A stretch of 64,000 nucleotides of DNA from Sedimentisphaeraceae bacterium JB056 (lineage in GTDB: Bacteria > Planctomycetota > Phycisphaerae > Sedimentisphaerales > Sedimentisphaeraceae): NCBI GenBank assembly GCA_044440125.1, contig JBITAJ010000029.1, positions 288,001 through 352,000 of the forward strand, given 5' to 3'. The position numbers were made by a program, and so were the translations under genes. Below are positions 10,077-20,529 of the stretch, piece after piece; the first letter of the stretch is position 1, and each line of letters opens with the position of its first letter. The notes beneath the pieces are model-generated. The model saw only the letters and a program-made list of their open reading frames with translations, did not search any database and was not told where the DNA came from.

Positions 10077-11042
10077 TCAGCTAACTTCTCTTGATTGGAA
10101 CATTGCTGTTGCCAATGACAGTATACCGAAACAGTAACACATTGCGTATAAAGCACTTTTAGCAATATAGCTGCCGGGAACAGGGCTGTCCTGATATATT
10201 GCATCGCTTATCCAGAATACCTGGAGATTGGGAACCAGTACGCGGGCTGCTTTTGCCAATAAATAGGTGTCGGCGAATCTTCCGAATACGTAGTCGCTTA
10301 TCAGTCCAAGAAGGAACATTCCTACGCAAAATGAGAGAGTTATGACAATATTGAATCTTGTAGAAAACATTATAGCCAGAGACACTATCGCTATGATCGC
10401 AAGCAGAAGCAATATTGAACTGTATATATCAAATATCTGGAAATGATTGTCTGCCGGGTTGAATTTCCAACTGCTGTCAAAAAACGCCAGAAATGCAGTT
10501 CCTATGGTGCCGACTGTTGTTCCTGTCACTATTGTTGCTGCCGGGAAATTCCAATCCCATGAGAAGTTAAAGAATGCTCCTGCTGAAAAAGCGATTATCA
10601 AAGTCAGTCCTCCAACGAGCAGTACTGTAAGGTCCATCTCATCGGAAGCTGTCTGCATCACTCCATGTCTCATAACCATAAGCATGGTTATAGTACATAT
10701 GTAATGTGCGAGGGTAACTGCCCCTGTAACACCTATGAACTTGCCTATGACGAATATGAACCTTGGAACAGGCTTGCAAAGTAGGGTTGAAGCTGTTTTT
10801 GATTCCAGTTCGGCAGTGATTGCACTTGCTGATGCAAATATAGCAATGAACAAACCTGACAAAAACAGCGTAGATAAACATATTTCTCTTAGCAGTTTGT
10901 TATCGTCATCAATGGAATACATTGTGATTGAAGGACTTAAGATAAGAAGAATCAACGAAATAAGAAGTATTACCGCGAATACCGGCTGCCTGATGGCTTC
11001 GATGAAAGTATTTTTGGCTATTGCATATAGTTTTGACAGCAT
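10077..11042 (-). CDS. ABC-2-type permease (PilI/XapB-like), divergent from the SPFH operon
   Basis: AIAKNTFIEAIRQ, ELESKTASTLLCKPVPR..FVIGKF, C-terminal FQSREVS; paralog of 19090..20469. Confidence 0.85.
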   Translation of the reverse strand: MLSKLYAIAKNTFIEAIRQPVFAVILLISLILLILSPSITMYSIDDDNKLLREICLSTLFLSGLFIAIFASASAITAELESKTASTLLCKPVPRFIFVIGKFIGVTGAVTLAHYICTITMLMVMRHGVMQTASDEMDLTVLLVGGLTLIIAFSAGAFFNFSWDWNFPAATIVTGTTVGTIGTAFLAFFDSSWKFNPADNHFQIFDIYSSILLLLAIIAIVSLAIMFSTRFNIVITLSFCVGMFLLGLISDYVFGRFADTYLLAKAARVLVPNLQVFWISDAIYQDSPVPGSYIAKSALYAMCYCFGILSLATAMFQSREVS

Positions 11043-11292
11043 TTAGCTAAACCTCGTTAGTATTTTTTTATGGTTGATTTTTTGTTATATCTTTATAAAC
11101 TTACCGCTTGCCTGAATTATATGTTTTCAGGTATGTTTGTGAAGAGATTATTATAACTTAAAAATCTCCTTATAAACAGTTAAAAACGCAAGTATTTGCG
11201 AAAGAGTAGTTTATACTACTAATAGAGTTATATTTCCGTTTAGAAAAATTGTTCGTTACAAATTAAGTTTTAATCCTTTTTTGGGAAAAGAT

Positions 11293-13350
11293 ATGAAAAC
11301 ATCTTCTAAACGAGCACAATATCTGTCTATAACAGGTGCGGTGCTTAGTGTTGCAGGCTTCCTTGTCTGCTTAGTTATCGGTGCGGTTGCCGGGATATTA
11401 CCGGCTAAGTTTCTTGCCTGGCAAGTTTTAGGCGGAACTTTAATTTGGGTATATCTTGCAGTTTATTTCCGTAATCGTGCACTTTCAGAGCAAGAAAAAC
11501 TCGATGCAGCATCCTTGAATAAGTCGGAAGACAGCACGATCTTCCAGAGCAGTGAGCAAAGAGAAGCTCTATTCAGTGTAGCCCAGAAACGATTTGATTC
11601 GTTCAGTAAATGGGGTACACTTGTTTTTTCTATACTTATAGCTGTATATAGTATAGCTATAGGTTTTTGGATGCTTAAAAGCTCTGGAAATGTGACGGAT
11701 GTAGAGGTTACCTCTCCATTGGCAGGTGCCTGTGCAATGATTGTTGTTGCATTTTTCTCATTCCTTATTGCCCGTTATGCAACAGGTATGAGTGTTGAGA
11801 ATGAATGGAAGCCGCTCAAGGCCGGTGGAAGCTATCTTCTTGGAAGTGCTCTTCTTGCGTTTGTTATTGCCATAGGTTTGGCATTGGAGTTCTTCCAGTT
11901 TACAGTAATTGTAAGCGTGATGGCTTGGGTAGTACCTATCATAATGATTGTCTATGGTGTTGAGACTATACTTAATACCGTTTTTGATATCTATCGTCCG
12001 CGAATTGAAGGACAATATCACAGAGTCGGTTTTGACAGCCGTATATTTGGTATAATCAATGAGCCGGGAAGTATTCTTCATACTGCCGCAAGTACCATTG
12101 ACTATCAATTCGGTTTCAAGGTATCACAGACGTGGTTTTATAAGCTGCTCGAAAAGGCAGTTATGCCGCTTATTTTGTTCCTGATTTTCTGTGCTTATAT
12201 CTCAACCAGTGTCATCAAGGTTGGGCCGGGTCAGCAGGCTGTTATTGAGCATTTTGGATCAACTAACAATGGGGCAAGGGTTATCAACCCCGGTTTGCAT
12301 TTCAAATGGCCTTGGCCTATAGACGTTGCCAACATTCATGACACCGAGAGGGTTCAGCAGATAAATGTTGGTTTTGTTACTGAAGAAGAAGAGATGTTTG
12401 ATGAGAACGGTTTGCCGATCAAAAAACCGTTGCTTTGGGGCCAGAAGCATTACGAAACAGAATATCGCCTGCTTGTAGCTACTGAAAATGAAGATGGCAT
12501 AAATGATGGTGGTGCGGTTCCTGTAAGTATTATTATTGCTGCAGTTCCCATACAGTATAAAGTTAAGGATGTTTATCAATTTATCTATAAGCATAATGAT
12601 CCGAAGGTTACGCTTCGTGATATCGCTTATAGAGAAGTTGCAAGATATATGGCCAGTGCCAAGCTTGAAACGGGAGTCTTTGGCAGTAAGGATTCTGAGA
12701 ACCAAAGTGTTCTTGGAGCAGGCAGAAATGCCGCTTCTCACGAGCTTCAGAAAAAGATACAGCAAAGTGCTGATGAGATCGAACTTGGTGTTGAGATAGT
12801 TATGGTCGGGCTTGAGGGAATTCACCCGCCGCTTGAAGTTGCACCCGATTATGAGAGGGTTATCGGTTCAATCCAGCAGCGTCAAAGATTCATACTTGAC
12901 GCTCTCTCTGAGCAAAACAAGATTCTCACAGAACTTGGTGGTTCAATACCTCAGGTAGATGAGCTTTATGCTTTGGCTCAGAAATACCAGAATACAAAGA
13001 ATCAGCTTTCTGAAGCTGAACAAGCTGAAATGCTCAAACAAATCGATACGGCTTTCGAGCAGGCAAGCGGTGAGATATTTAAGAAGCTTTCTGAAGCAAA
13101 GAGATACTCATATGAAAGAGCTCAAATAGCTCAGGCTACAGGTGAAAGATTTGACAGTCAGGTTAAAGCTTATCAGGCTGCTCCAGAAATCTATAAGCAA
13201 AATCAAAGGCTTACTACTCTTGAAGATATTCTAAGTAATATTCGCAAATATGTTATTGTCTCAGATGATAATGACAGTGAGGTTATGATAGTTGATCTTC
13301 AGGAAGAGTTGTCCCCAAGTCTTTATGATATAGATGTTCCGGAAGAGTAA
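11293..13350 (+). CDS. HflK-like SPFH protein with a large multi-pass membrane N-terminal domain
   Basis: About 300 hydrophobic N-terminal residues, then VGPGQQAVIEHFG..PGLHFKWPWPID, IHPPLEVA, AYQAAPEIY. ATG 11293 preferred over TTG 11281. Confidence 0.85.
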   Translation: MKTSSKRAQYLSITGAVLSVAGFLVCLVIGAVAGILPAKFLAWQVLGGTLIWVYLAVYFRNRALSEQEKLDAASLNKSEDSTIFQSSEQREALFSVAQKRFDSFSKWGTLVFSILIAVYSIAIGFWMLKSSGNVTDVEVTSPLAGACAMIVVAFFSFLIARYATGMSVENEWKPLKAGGSYLLGSALLAFVIAIGLALEFFQFTVIVSVMAWVVPIIMIVYGVETILNTVFDIYRPRIEGQYHRVGFDSRIFGIINEPGSILHTAASTIDYQFGFKVSQTWFYKLLEKAVMPLILFLIFCAYISTSVIKVGPGQQAVIEHFGSTNNGARVINPGLHFKWPWPIDVANIHDTERVQQINVGFVTEEEEMFDENGLPIKKPLLWGQKHYETEYRLLVATENEDGINDGGAVPVSIIIAAVPIQYKVKDVYQFIYKHNDPKVTLRDIAYREVARYMASAKLETGVFGSKDSENQSVLGAGRNAASHELQKKIQQSADEIELGVEIVMVGLEGIHPPLEVAPDYERVIGSIQQRQRFILDALSEQNKILTELGGSIPQVDELYALAQKYQNTKNQLSEAEQAEMLKQIDTAFEQASGEIFKKLSEAKRYSYERAQIAQATGERFDSQVKAYQAAPEIYKQNQRLTTLEDILSNIRKYVIVSDDNDSEVMIVDLQEELSPSLYDIDVPEE

Positions 13351-13435
13351 CCAGTTGAGAAGGACAGCCCGCTGAATGGGCTTTAAGATATTAAAATCTA
13401 AAATTAATGATAAACGAATCTAAGGCATACAAAAG

Positions 13436-14365
13436 ATGAAAAATTTATCGACAACCATATTTGTTCTATTGATAGTTGTAGTTCTTGGTCTGAAACTTTG
13501 CAGTTACCAGGTAAGAGAGACTGAAAGTGTTCTCGTTACGAGATTTGGAAAGCCTGTGGCGGATAAGACAGAACCTTCACTTTATTTCAAATGGCCTACC
13601 CCTATTGAGAAGGTACACAGATTTGATTCACGTCTTCAAGTTTTTGAAGGCCAGATGGAAGAGACTACTACCAAGGGTGGTGAGCCGATTATAGTCACGA
13701 CTTATATGGTGTGGCGTATTTCTGAACCCCGTACATTCTTTGAGAGGGTTTCAACTGCTACAGATGTTCAGAAATTCCTGCTTAGTCAGCTTCGTAACGA
13801 GGCGAATGCTGTTATCGGTCGTCACTATTTCAGTGAATTCGTTAACACCGATCCTGAGCAGATACATTTCAAAGCTATCGAGGATGAGCTTCTTGCAAGC
13901 CTGAAGAAAGAAATGGAGCAGGAGTACGGCATTGAGGTAAGACAGGTTGGTATCAAGCAGCTTGAGCTCAGTGAAGAAGTTACAAAAGAGGTCTTCGAAC
14001 GTATGCGTGCTGATAGAAATCGTAAGACAGAAGCCATTCTTGGTGAAGGTAATGCTACTGCTACCAAGATCAAGACAGATGCCGAGTCAAAGAAGACTGA
14101 ACTTCTTGCCGCAGCTGAAGCGAGAGCAAAGGCTATACGCGGTCAGGGTGATGCGGAAGCAGCTCAGTATTACAAGCTTCTTGAAAGCGATCCGGAGCTG
14201 GCAATGTTCCTTCGTGATCTTGAAGCACTCAAGAAAATGCTTAAAGATCGTTCTACAATAGTTCTTGGTGCCGAAACTGAGCCTATGAAGCTTCTTAAGG
14301 GTGTGCCGGATATCAAACCCGCCAGTTCTGAAACAGAAAACACAGAAACCAAGGCTTCAAACTGA
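13436..14365 (+). CDS. hflC: HflC-like SPFH protein
   Basis: VTRFGKP, FKWPTPIE, VFERMRADR, AIRGQGDAEAA, DPELAMFLRDLEA. Confidence 0.9.
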   Translation: MKNLSTTIFVLLIVVVLGLKLCSYQVRETESVLVTRFGKPVADKTEPSLYFKWPTPIEKVHRFDSRLQVFEGQMEETTTKGGEPIIVTTYMVWRISEPRTFFERVSTATDVQKFLLSQLRNEANAVIGRHYFSEFVNTDPEQIHFKAIEDELLASLKKEMEQEYGIEVRQVGIKQLELSEEVTKEVFERMRADRNRKTEAILGEGNATATKIKTDAESKKTELLAAAEARAKAIRGQGDAEAAQYYKLLESDPELAMFLRDLEALKKMLKDRSTIVLGAETEPMKLLKGVPDIKPASSETENTETKASN

Positions 14366-14386
14366 TCAGCGGAGGATTAACTAATT

Positions 14387-15679
14387 ATGGCACATGAACA
14401 CAACCATAAATGCGGCTGCGACCACCATCATCAGATCTCTAAAGAAGATCAGCAGATGAGTCAGGTGGAATTCGTGCAGGATATGGATTCGGGCAGTAAG
14501 GCTTTGGCTGAAGCGTTGCGTCTGAGTTTTGGAATATTAAAACTTATAATGGTAGTACTGGTGGTTCTTTTCTTTGCTTCAGGTATCTTTACCGTAGAGA
14601 AAAATGAAAAGGCTCTGGTACTGCGTTTTGGAAAGGTACTTTCCGATGGAAGCGGCACAAAGCTGCTTGAGCCGGGACTGCACTGGGCTTTTCCATATCC
14701 AATAGATGAAATCGTTAAAATTCCAGTAAGCGGTACGCAGAAACTTGCTATAGACAGCTTCTGGTATTTCGATCCAAGCCAGGGCAAGGGCAGAGTTCCT
14801 CAGTCTTTAAACCCTGTTCAGGACAGTTACTGCCTTACAAGAAATGATTCCATAGATGGAATGAAGAATAACGATTACAATATAGTTCATTGTAAATGGC
14901 AGCTTAACTATACGATTGAAGATGATCCGTTTGCATTTTTCAAGAATGTTAATGTAAGACCTGTTAAACCGGGTGAGGTTTATTCTGATGTTATAGCTGA
15001 AAGTGTTAAGCCGCTTCTTACAAGTGTATGCGATAATGCTGTTATCTCGACTCTTGTAAAGTACAGCATTGATGAAGCGACAACTACTGCAAAGTCCAGA
15101 ATTGCTTCGGAAGTGACTAAGATAGTACAGAAGAGATTGTCAGAGCTTGAGACTGGTATCATGGTAAAGGATATGCAGATACTTGTTATGACATGGCCAA
15201 GACAGGTGAATGACGCTTTTCAGGCTTCGATCAAGGCAAGTCAGACAAGAAAGAAAATCGAGACTGATGCCTGGGCTTATTACGAAAAGACGCTCAATGA
15301 AGCGGCCGGTCCATATGCCGAAGAAATTTATGCAGGCATTATGAATCCTGATACCACAGAGAAAGAGCTTGATGAGCTTTGGAGTTCATTGGCCGGTGAT
15401 GCAAGAAGCAAGATTGCTGATGCCAGGGCTTACAGAACAACTATCGTTGAGAATGCCAAGGCAAACGCTGATTATCTTAACAGAATATTACCTGAATATC
15501 AAAAGAGACCTGAGCTGGTTCTTCAGAAGATATATCAGGATGCTATGGAGCAGGTGCTTGATAATGTTGATGAGAAGATAATTGTCCAGCCTTCCGATAG
15601 TGAGAAGGGCAGGGAATTCAGGGTTCTGATAAACCGTGATCCCAAGATCAAAAAGGGCAATAAGAGTAACAGCAATTAG
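14387..15679 (+). CDS. hflK: HflK-like SPFH protein with His/Cys-rich N-terminus
   Basis: MAHEHNHKCGCDHHH; LVLRFGK, PGLHWAFPYPIDE, PRQVNDAF, EYQKRPEL. Confidence 0.85.
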   Translation: MAHEHNHKCGCDHHHQISKEDQQMSQVEFVQDMDSGSKALAEALRLSFGILKLIMVVLVVLFFASGIFTVEKNEKALVLRFGKVLSDGSGTKLLEPGLHWAFPYPIDEIVKIPVSGTQKLAIDSFWYFDPSQGKGRVPQSLNPVQDSYCLTRNDSIDGMKNNDYNIVHCKWQLNYTIEDDPFAFFKNVNVRPVKPGEVYSDVIAESVKPLLTSVCDNAVISTLVKYSIDEATTTAKSRIASEVTKIVQKRLSELETGIMVKDMQILVMTWPRQVNDAFQASIKASQTRKKIETDAWAYYEKTLNEAAGPYAEEIYAGIMNPDTTEKELDELWSSLAGDARSKIADARAYRTTIVENAKANADYLNRILPEYQKRPELVLQKIYQDAMEQVLDNVDEKIIVQPSDSEKGREFRVLINRDPKIKKGNKSNSN

Positions 15680-15773
15680 TCGTAAGTCATCGGTCTGCTT
15701 TTGTAGATCAGAAATTAATAATAGCATTATATAACTGCTATTTTCGGAATATTAAAATTAGTAAGAGATTGAT

Positions 15774-17750
15774 ATGCCACATAATCATTTACATCTCGAA
15801 GAGATAGAAGTTGATCATAAGGACCATGCGGAAGGCACGAAAGTTCGCAAGGTAAGTGCTGCTCTGATAGCAACCCTTGCCGGAGGCGTACTGCTTGTAA
15901 ACAGCCTTGTTTGCGAATGGATAAGTATGATTTGGCCGGGTATATACGGCGCAGATAATCCGGTTATAGAGCTTAGTGCAATGGTAGGTGCATTGCTTTT
16001 AGGCATGCCGATAATTATGCATGCATTCAAGAGCTTTATAAAAGGTTCAATGCATATGGATGAGCTTGTCGCGTTGGCAATAATTGCCGCTTTCGCAACA
16101 GGTAATTACCGCGAGGCCGGTGTTGTTTCATTCTTTATGCTTCTCAGTGAGCTTATGGAGGCACGTACAGCACTTGGTGCCAGGGCTTCTATTGAATCGC
16201 TGATCAAGCTTACTCCAAAGAAAGCGATGCTTGTTAAAGGAGACCACGAGACAGAGGTTGCCGTTAGCGATTTGAATTCGGGTGATATCATCAGAATTCG
16301 TCCGGGTGACAATGTTGCCGCTGATGGTGAGGTGGCAAGCGGTCTGACAAGTATCAATGAAGCAAGTATTACGGGTGAATCGCTTCCGGTTGATAAAGTT
16401 CCCGGTATGCAGGTGTTTGCCGGTACAACTAACTTGACCGGTGCTATTGATGTAAAAGTCACCAAAGTTGGTAAAGATACTACTCTTGGTAAGGTTCAGG
16501 ATCTTATCATGCAGGCTGAACAGACCAAGATTCCTATTATGAGAATCATGGACAGGTATGTAAAGTGGTACATTCCTACAGTTCTTATGATAGCGGCGGT
16601 TGCATGGTTCTTTACCAAAGAGCTTGATAAATCTATCGCTCTGCTTGTTATATCATGTCCTTGTGCTCTTATTCTTGCGACACCTACAGCGATGGTGGCG
16701 GCAATTTCAGCGGCTGCGAGGCTTGGTATATTTGTGAAGAATGTGGCAGATCTTGAAGTTGCCGGTAAACTAACGGCAATGGTGTTTGATAAAACCGGTA
16801 CGCTGACAACGGGTCGTCTTTATGTTACAAAGCTTGAACCGGCTGGTGGTGTTGAGCCTGCTGTTCTTTTGAGAACCGCTGCTTCGGCTGAGAAAATGAG
16901 TCGTCACCCTGCTGCAAGGGCCTTGATGAATCTTGCCAAGGAAGCAAATGTCGGTTTGTTTGAATCTACAGATTTTGAAGAAGTACCGGGTAAGGGTGTA
17001 CGTGCAAAGGTTGAGGGCAAAACAGTTCTCATCGGTCGCGACACTTTTATCAAGGAAAATGATATTGATGTCAGTAATGTGACTGATCCAGCTATGCACG
17101 AGGATGAGGGTTTCAGTACTCTTTACATCGCACAAGACGGCAAGTGTCTGGGCTGGATCGGTATGCAGGATAAGACAAGGCCTGAAGCTCAGGAGGCTGT
17201 TAACGAACTGACAACTGCAGGTCTAAAGCGTATAACAATGCTTACCGGTGACAGAAAAGAAGTTGCCAACCGCGTTGCTACAGAGCTTGGTTGCACTGAT
17301 TTCAGGGCAAGCTGTCTGCCTCAGGATAAACTTTCGATTGTTAAGAGCATCCGCAGGGATGGACACGTTGTTGCGGTTATCGGTGATGGTATCAATGATG
17401 CTCCGGCTCTTGCCGAGGGTGATCTTGGTGTCGCAATGGGGGCCGCGGGCAGCGATGTTGCAATCAACTCAGCCTCAATCGCTCTTATGAACAACGATCT
17501 GCGAAGACTGCCGTTCCTTGTTAAGTTATCACGTAAGACAAGGACCGTTATTGCTCAGAACCTGTTGTTCGGAAGTTTGTTTATTGTCATAGGTATGTTC
17601 CTTACGCTTTCGGGTGTGGTGTCGGCGGCTATGGCTGCTCCGCTTCACTTTGTAGGCTCCTTGATAGTGATTTTCAACAGTGCAAGACTCGTAAGATTTG
17701 GTGAGCATTTAGCTCCGCATACTGAAGAGATGGCGAAAGATCAGCACTGA
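15774..17750 (+). CDS. Heavy-metal-translocating P1B-type ATPase
   Basis: ITGES, SCPC, DKTGT, HP, TGD, GDGINDAPAL; His-rich N-terminus without a CxxC HMA domain. Confidence 0.95.
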   Translation: MPHNHLHLEEIEVDHKDHAEGTKVRKVSAALIATLAGGVLLVNSLVCEWISMIWPGIYGADNPVIELSAMVGALLLGMPIIMHAFKSFIKGSMHMDELVALAIIAAFATGNYREAGVVSFFMLLSELMEARTALGARASIESLIKLTPKKAMLVKGDHETEVAVSDLNSGDIIRIRPGDNVAADGEVASGLTSINEASITGESLPVDKVPGMQVFAGTTNLTGAIDVKVTKVGKDTTLGKVQDLIMQAEQTKIPIMRIMDRYVKWYIPTVLMIAAVAWFFTKELDKSIALLVISCPCALILATPTAMVAAISAAARLGIFVKNVADLEVAGKLTAMVFDKTGTLTTGRLYVTKLEPAGGVEPAVLLRTAASAEKMSRHPAARALMNLAKEANVGLFESTDFEEVPGKGVRAKVEGKTVLIGRDTFIKENDIDVSNVTDPAMHEDEGFSTLYIAQDGKCLGWIGMQDKTRPEAQEAVNELTTAGLKRITMLTGDRKEVANRVATELGCTDFRASCLPQDKLSIVKSIRRDGHVVAVIGDGINDAPALAEGDLGVAMGAAGSDVAINSASIALMNNDLRRLPFLVKLSRKTRTVIAQNLLFGSLFIVIGMFLTLSGVVSAAMAAPLHFVGSLIVIFNSARLVRFGEHLAPHTEEMAKDQH

Positions 17751-17793
17751 TAAAACTTGAAACTAAAAATGAAATAAAAGATGTTTACTTATC

Positions 17794-17828
17794 GCAGAGA
17801 CGCAGCCGAATACAGGGTGCGTCTTTGC
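17794..17828 (+). other. Intergenic stem-loop without U-tract
   Basis: GCAGAGACGCA...TGCGTCTTTGC. Confidence 0.4.
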
Positions 17829-17882
17829 TGATAAAAGGAATATGAGTAGAGTGTTATTCTACCTGTAAATGAGGGTTAAAAA

Positions 17883-19097
17883 TTGGCACAAAGTAAATAT
17901 GCAATAGAAACAATAGCTCTTACAAAAGCCTTTACTGATTGGTGGGGAAGAACGAGAGTATTGGCCGTTGACGATCTCAATCTGAAGGTTGAGCACAATG
18001 AAGTTTATGGCCTGCTTGGACCGAATGGTTCGGGTAAGAGCACCACGCTTAAGATGCTCCTTTCTCTTCTAAAGCCTACCAAAGGCACCTCTTTCATACT
18101 TGGCGGTGCGAGTGATGATCCTAAGATAGCTGCTAAAATAGGCTTTCTTCCTGAAGAGTCTTACCTTTATAAATATCTTAACGCTAAAGAGACGCTTGAG
18201 TTTTACGGCAAGCTGTTCGGTCTTTCTTCCAAGGTTTTGAAGATGAGAATCGAGTCGCTGCTTGATATGGTAGGTCTATCTTCTATGGCCAACAGACCTA
18301 TCGGTACTTTCTCAAAAGGTATGCAGCGTCGAATCGGTTTGGCACAAGCATTGATAAATGATCCAGATATTCTTATTCTTGATGAGCCGACATCAGGTCT
18401 TGACCCTCTTGGTACAAGACAGATCAAGGACCTTATCAAGGCCATGGCAGACAGAGGCAAAACTGTTCTGCTTTGCAGCCATCTTCTGGCTGATGTTGAG
18501 GATGTTTGCGATCGGATATGCGTTCTCTACGGCGGAAAGGTTCAGTGTGAGGGCAAGGTCAGCGATCTGCTGAAAAAGGGAGGCCAGAAGCAATTGCTTA
18601 CCGATTCCCTTAATGACGCTGCTCTTTCCGAGATAACATCTATAATAGAGAAACAAGGCGGTAATGTGAAGGTTTCTTCTCCTTCTTACAAGCTTGAAGA
18701 TTTCTTTGTCAACGTTGTTACTGAGGCGCAGAAACGTAATCAAACTACAAGCGGTGCTATCAGCTCACGAAAGATCGGTGACTTCCTGAGTACAAGTCAG
18801 CAGCCTAAGGATGAAGACAAGAAATCACAGGTGCTTGATAAGCTTGTCAAGGTTGATCTTGAAGCTCAAAAGCAGGCAACGGTTGAAAAAGTTGAGAAGA
18901 TCAAAGAGGCAAGTAAGCCTCAAGAGCCTAAAGAAGACACTTCTCTGCTTGAGAATCTGACTAAGGATGAAGTTGTAGAAGAGAATACTTCACAGGTCGA
19001 AGCGGTAGAGAAACCCGCAGAACCAGTTAAGAAGGTCGATACTGATCTACTCAATGAATTGTCAAACAAGAAGACCGGAGATGGCGGCGATGCGTAA
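17883..19097 (+). CDS. ABC transporter ATP-binding protein (PilH/XapD-like) with charged C-terminal tail
   Basis: GPNGSGKST, IGFLPEESYLY, FSKGMQRRIG, LDEPTSGLDP, SH motif. Confidence 0.93.
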   Translation: MAQSKYAIETIALTKAFTDWWGRTRVLAVDDLNLKVEHNEVYGLLGPNGSGKSTTLKMLLSLLKPTKGTSFILGGASDDPKIAAKIGFLPEESYLYKYLNAKETLEFYGKLFGLSSKVLKMRIESLLDMVGLSSMANRPIGTFSKGMQRRIGLAQALINDPDILILDEPTSGLDPLGTRQIKDLIKAMADRGKTVLLCSHLLADVEDVCDRICVLYGGKVQCEGKVSDLLKKGGQKQLLTDSLNDAALSEITSIIEKQGGNVKVSSPSYKLEDFFVNVVTEAQKRNQTTSGAISSRKIGDFLSTSQQPKDEDKKSQVLDKLVKVDLEAQKQATVEKVEKIKEASKPQEPKEDTSLLENLTKDEVVEENTSQVEAVEKPAEPVKKVDTDLLNELSNKKTGDGGDA

Positions 19098-20469
19098 TAT
19101 ATGGGTTATCGCTAAAAATACTCTTTCGCAGGCGATAAGAATGAAGCTTGCGCTTACGGTGTTTGTGCTTCTTATCCTTCTTTTGCCGCTGATGAGCAAG
19201 GAGATGGTAGGAGACGGTACACTTACAGGTAAGCTGCAGACATTTTCAAGTTACGGCTTGTCGTTGATAAGCCTTTTACTATGCTTCCTTACTATAACAA
19301 TTTCATGCTACAGTCTTTCGACTGATATCAAGGAAAAGCAGATATTCAGTGTTATTACAAAGCCGGTTGCGAGATTTCAGATAGTTCTTGGTAAATTTGT
19401 AGGCATCGTTCTTTTTGACATTATAATGCTTGCAATATTTTCAGGAATAATATATGGCTTGACTATTGCGATTCCTAAATTCAGCAAAGCGCCGGAAGCT
19501 CAGATTGCTGAGGCGAACCAGACTTTCTTTACAGCAAGAAACGGTATAAAGCCTGATATTGACAAAAAACAGATGATGGCTGATGCTGAAAAGGATTATC
19601 AACGGCTTAAAGAGCAGAATATGCTCCCTGAAGGCAAGACAAAGCAGGAGATGATAAACGAACTTCGCGGCCGAAGGTTCATGCAGTTTATGAGTGTTGA
19701 ACCGGGAGCCGCTAAATCATGGAAGTTTTATGACGTCAATCCTCGTTCGAGAGACGGTTTTGTATATGTCAGATTCAAGTATCAGGTTTCTGTGTCGCCG
19801 CCGGACAACTCGATAGCGGGCAGATGGATAATTGGTGATTTCCGTAAGCTTGAGCAGGAAGGCGCATCACCGCAGGATGTAGAGACGCCGGTTTATGACA
19901 GCTATGTAAGGAAAGACAGCGTAAAAACTTTTCATGAGATTAAGATTCCCGCTGCTTGTGTTGCTGAAGATGGATATGTCGAAGTGGGTTTCCAGAATAT
20001 GTATTACAACAATACGACGGTAATTCCTAAGGATGTTGAGATATTGTTCAGGTCTGGAGGTTTCGGGCTGAACTATTTCATGGCAACTGTAATGCTCTTT
20101 GTAAGGCTTGTATTCCTTGCAGCTTTGGGAGTATCTCTTTCAACCTGGCTTTCTTTCCCTGTTGCAATATTTGCATGCCTTGTTGTGTTCTTCACAGGTA
20201 TGGTCAATGGGTTTATTGTTGATGCTATAGATATGCTTGGCAAAGAGGCTTCTGTTATATACGGGCTTACGATAAAACCTGTACTGGCACTTTTGCCTAG
20301 GTTTGACGGGAATTATAATCCTACTCCGCAAATAATATCGGCAAGGCTTATCGGATGGGGCTTCCTGTTAAAGGCTATATCAATAACAGCTATTCTCAAG
20401 TCGGCCTTACTGCTATTATTGGGTATATTCGTGTTCAGTAAACGTGAAATAGCGAAGGTGACAGTTTAA
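19090..20469 (+). CDS. ABC-2-type permease with large extracytoplasmic loop
   Basis: IAKNTLSQAIRMK, DIKEKQIFSVITKPVARFQIVLGKF, FSKREIA. ATG 19090 overlaps the upstream stop. Confidence 0.85.
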   Translation: MRNIWVIAKNTLSQAIRMKLALTVFVLLILLLPLMSKEMVGDGTLTGKLQTFSSYGLSLISLLLCFLTITISCYSLSTDIKEKQIFSVITKPVARFQIVLGKFVGIVLFDIIMLAIFSGIIYGLTIAIPKFSKAPEAQIAEANQTFFTARNGIKPDIDKKQMMADAEKDYQRLKEQNMLPEGKTKQEMINELRGRRFMQFMSVEPGAAKSWKFYDVNPRSRDGFVYVRFKYQVSVSPPDNSIAGRWIIGDFRKLEQEGASPQDVETPVYDSYVRKDSVKTFHEIKIPAACVAEDGYVEVGFQNMYYNNTTVIPKDVEILFRSGGFGLNYFMATVMLFVRLVFLAALGVSLSTWLSFPVAIFACLVVFFTGMVNGFIVDAIDMLGKEASVIYGLTIKPVLALLPRFDGNYNPTPQIISARLIGWGFLLKAISITAILKSALLLLLGIFVFSKREIAKVTV

Positions 20470-20529
20470 TTTTATATTGCCAGACAGCTCTATAAGAAGT
20501 TTGTCTCTTATAATAAAACGGAAAAAGAA

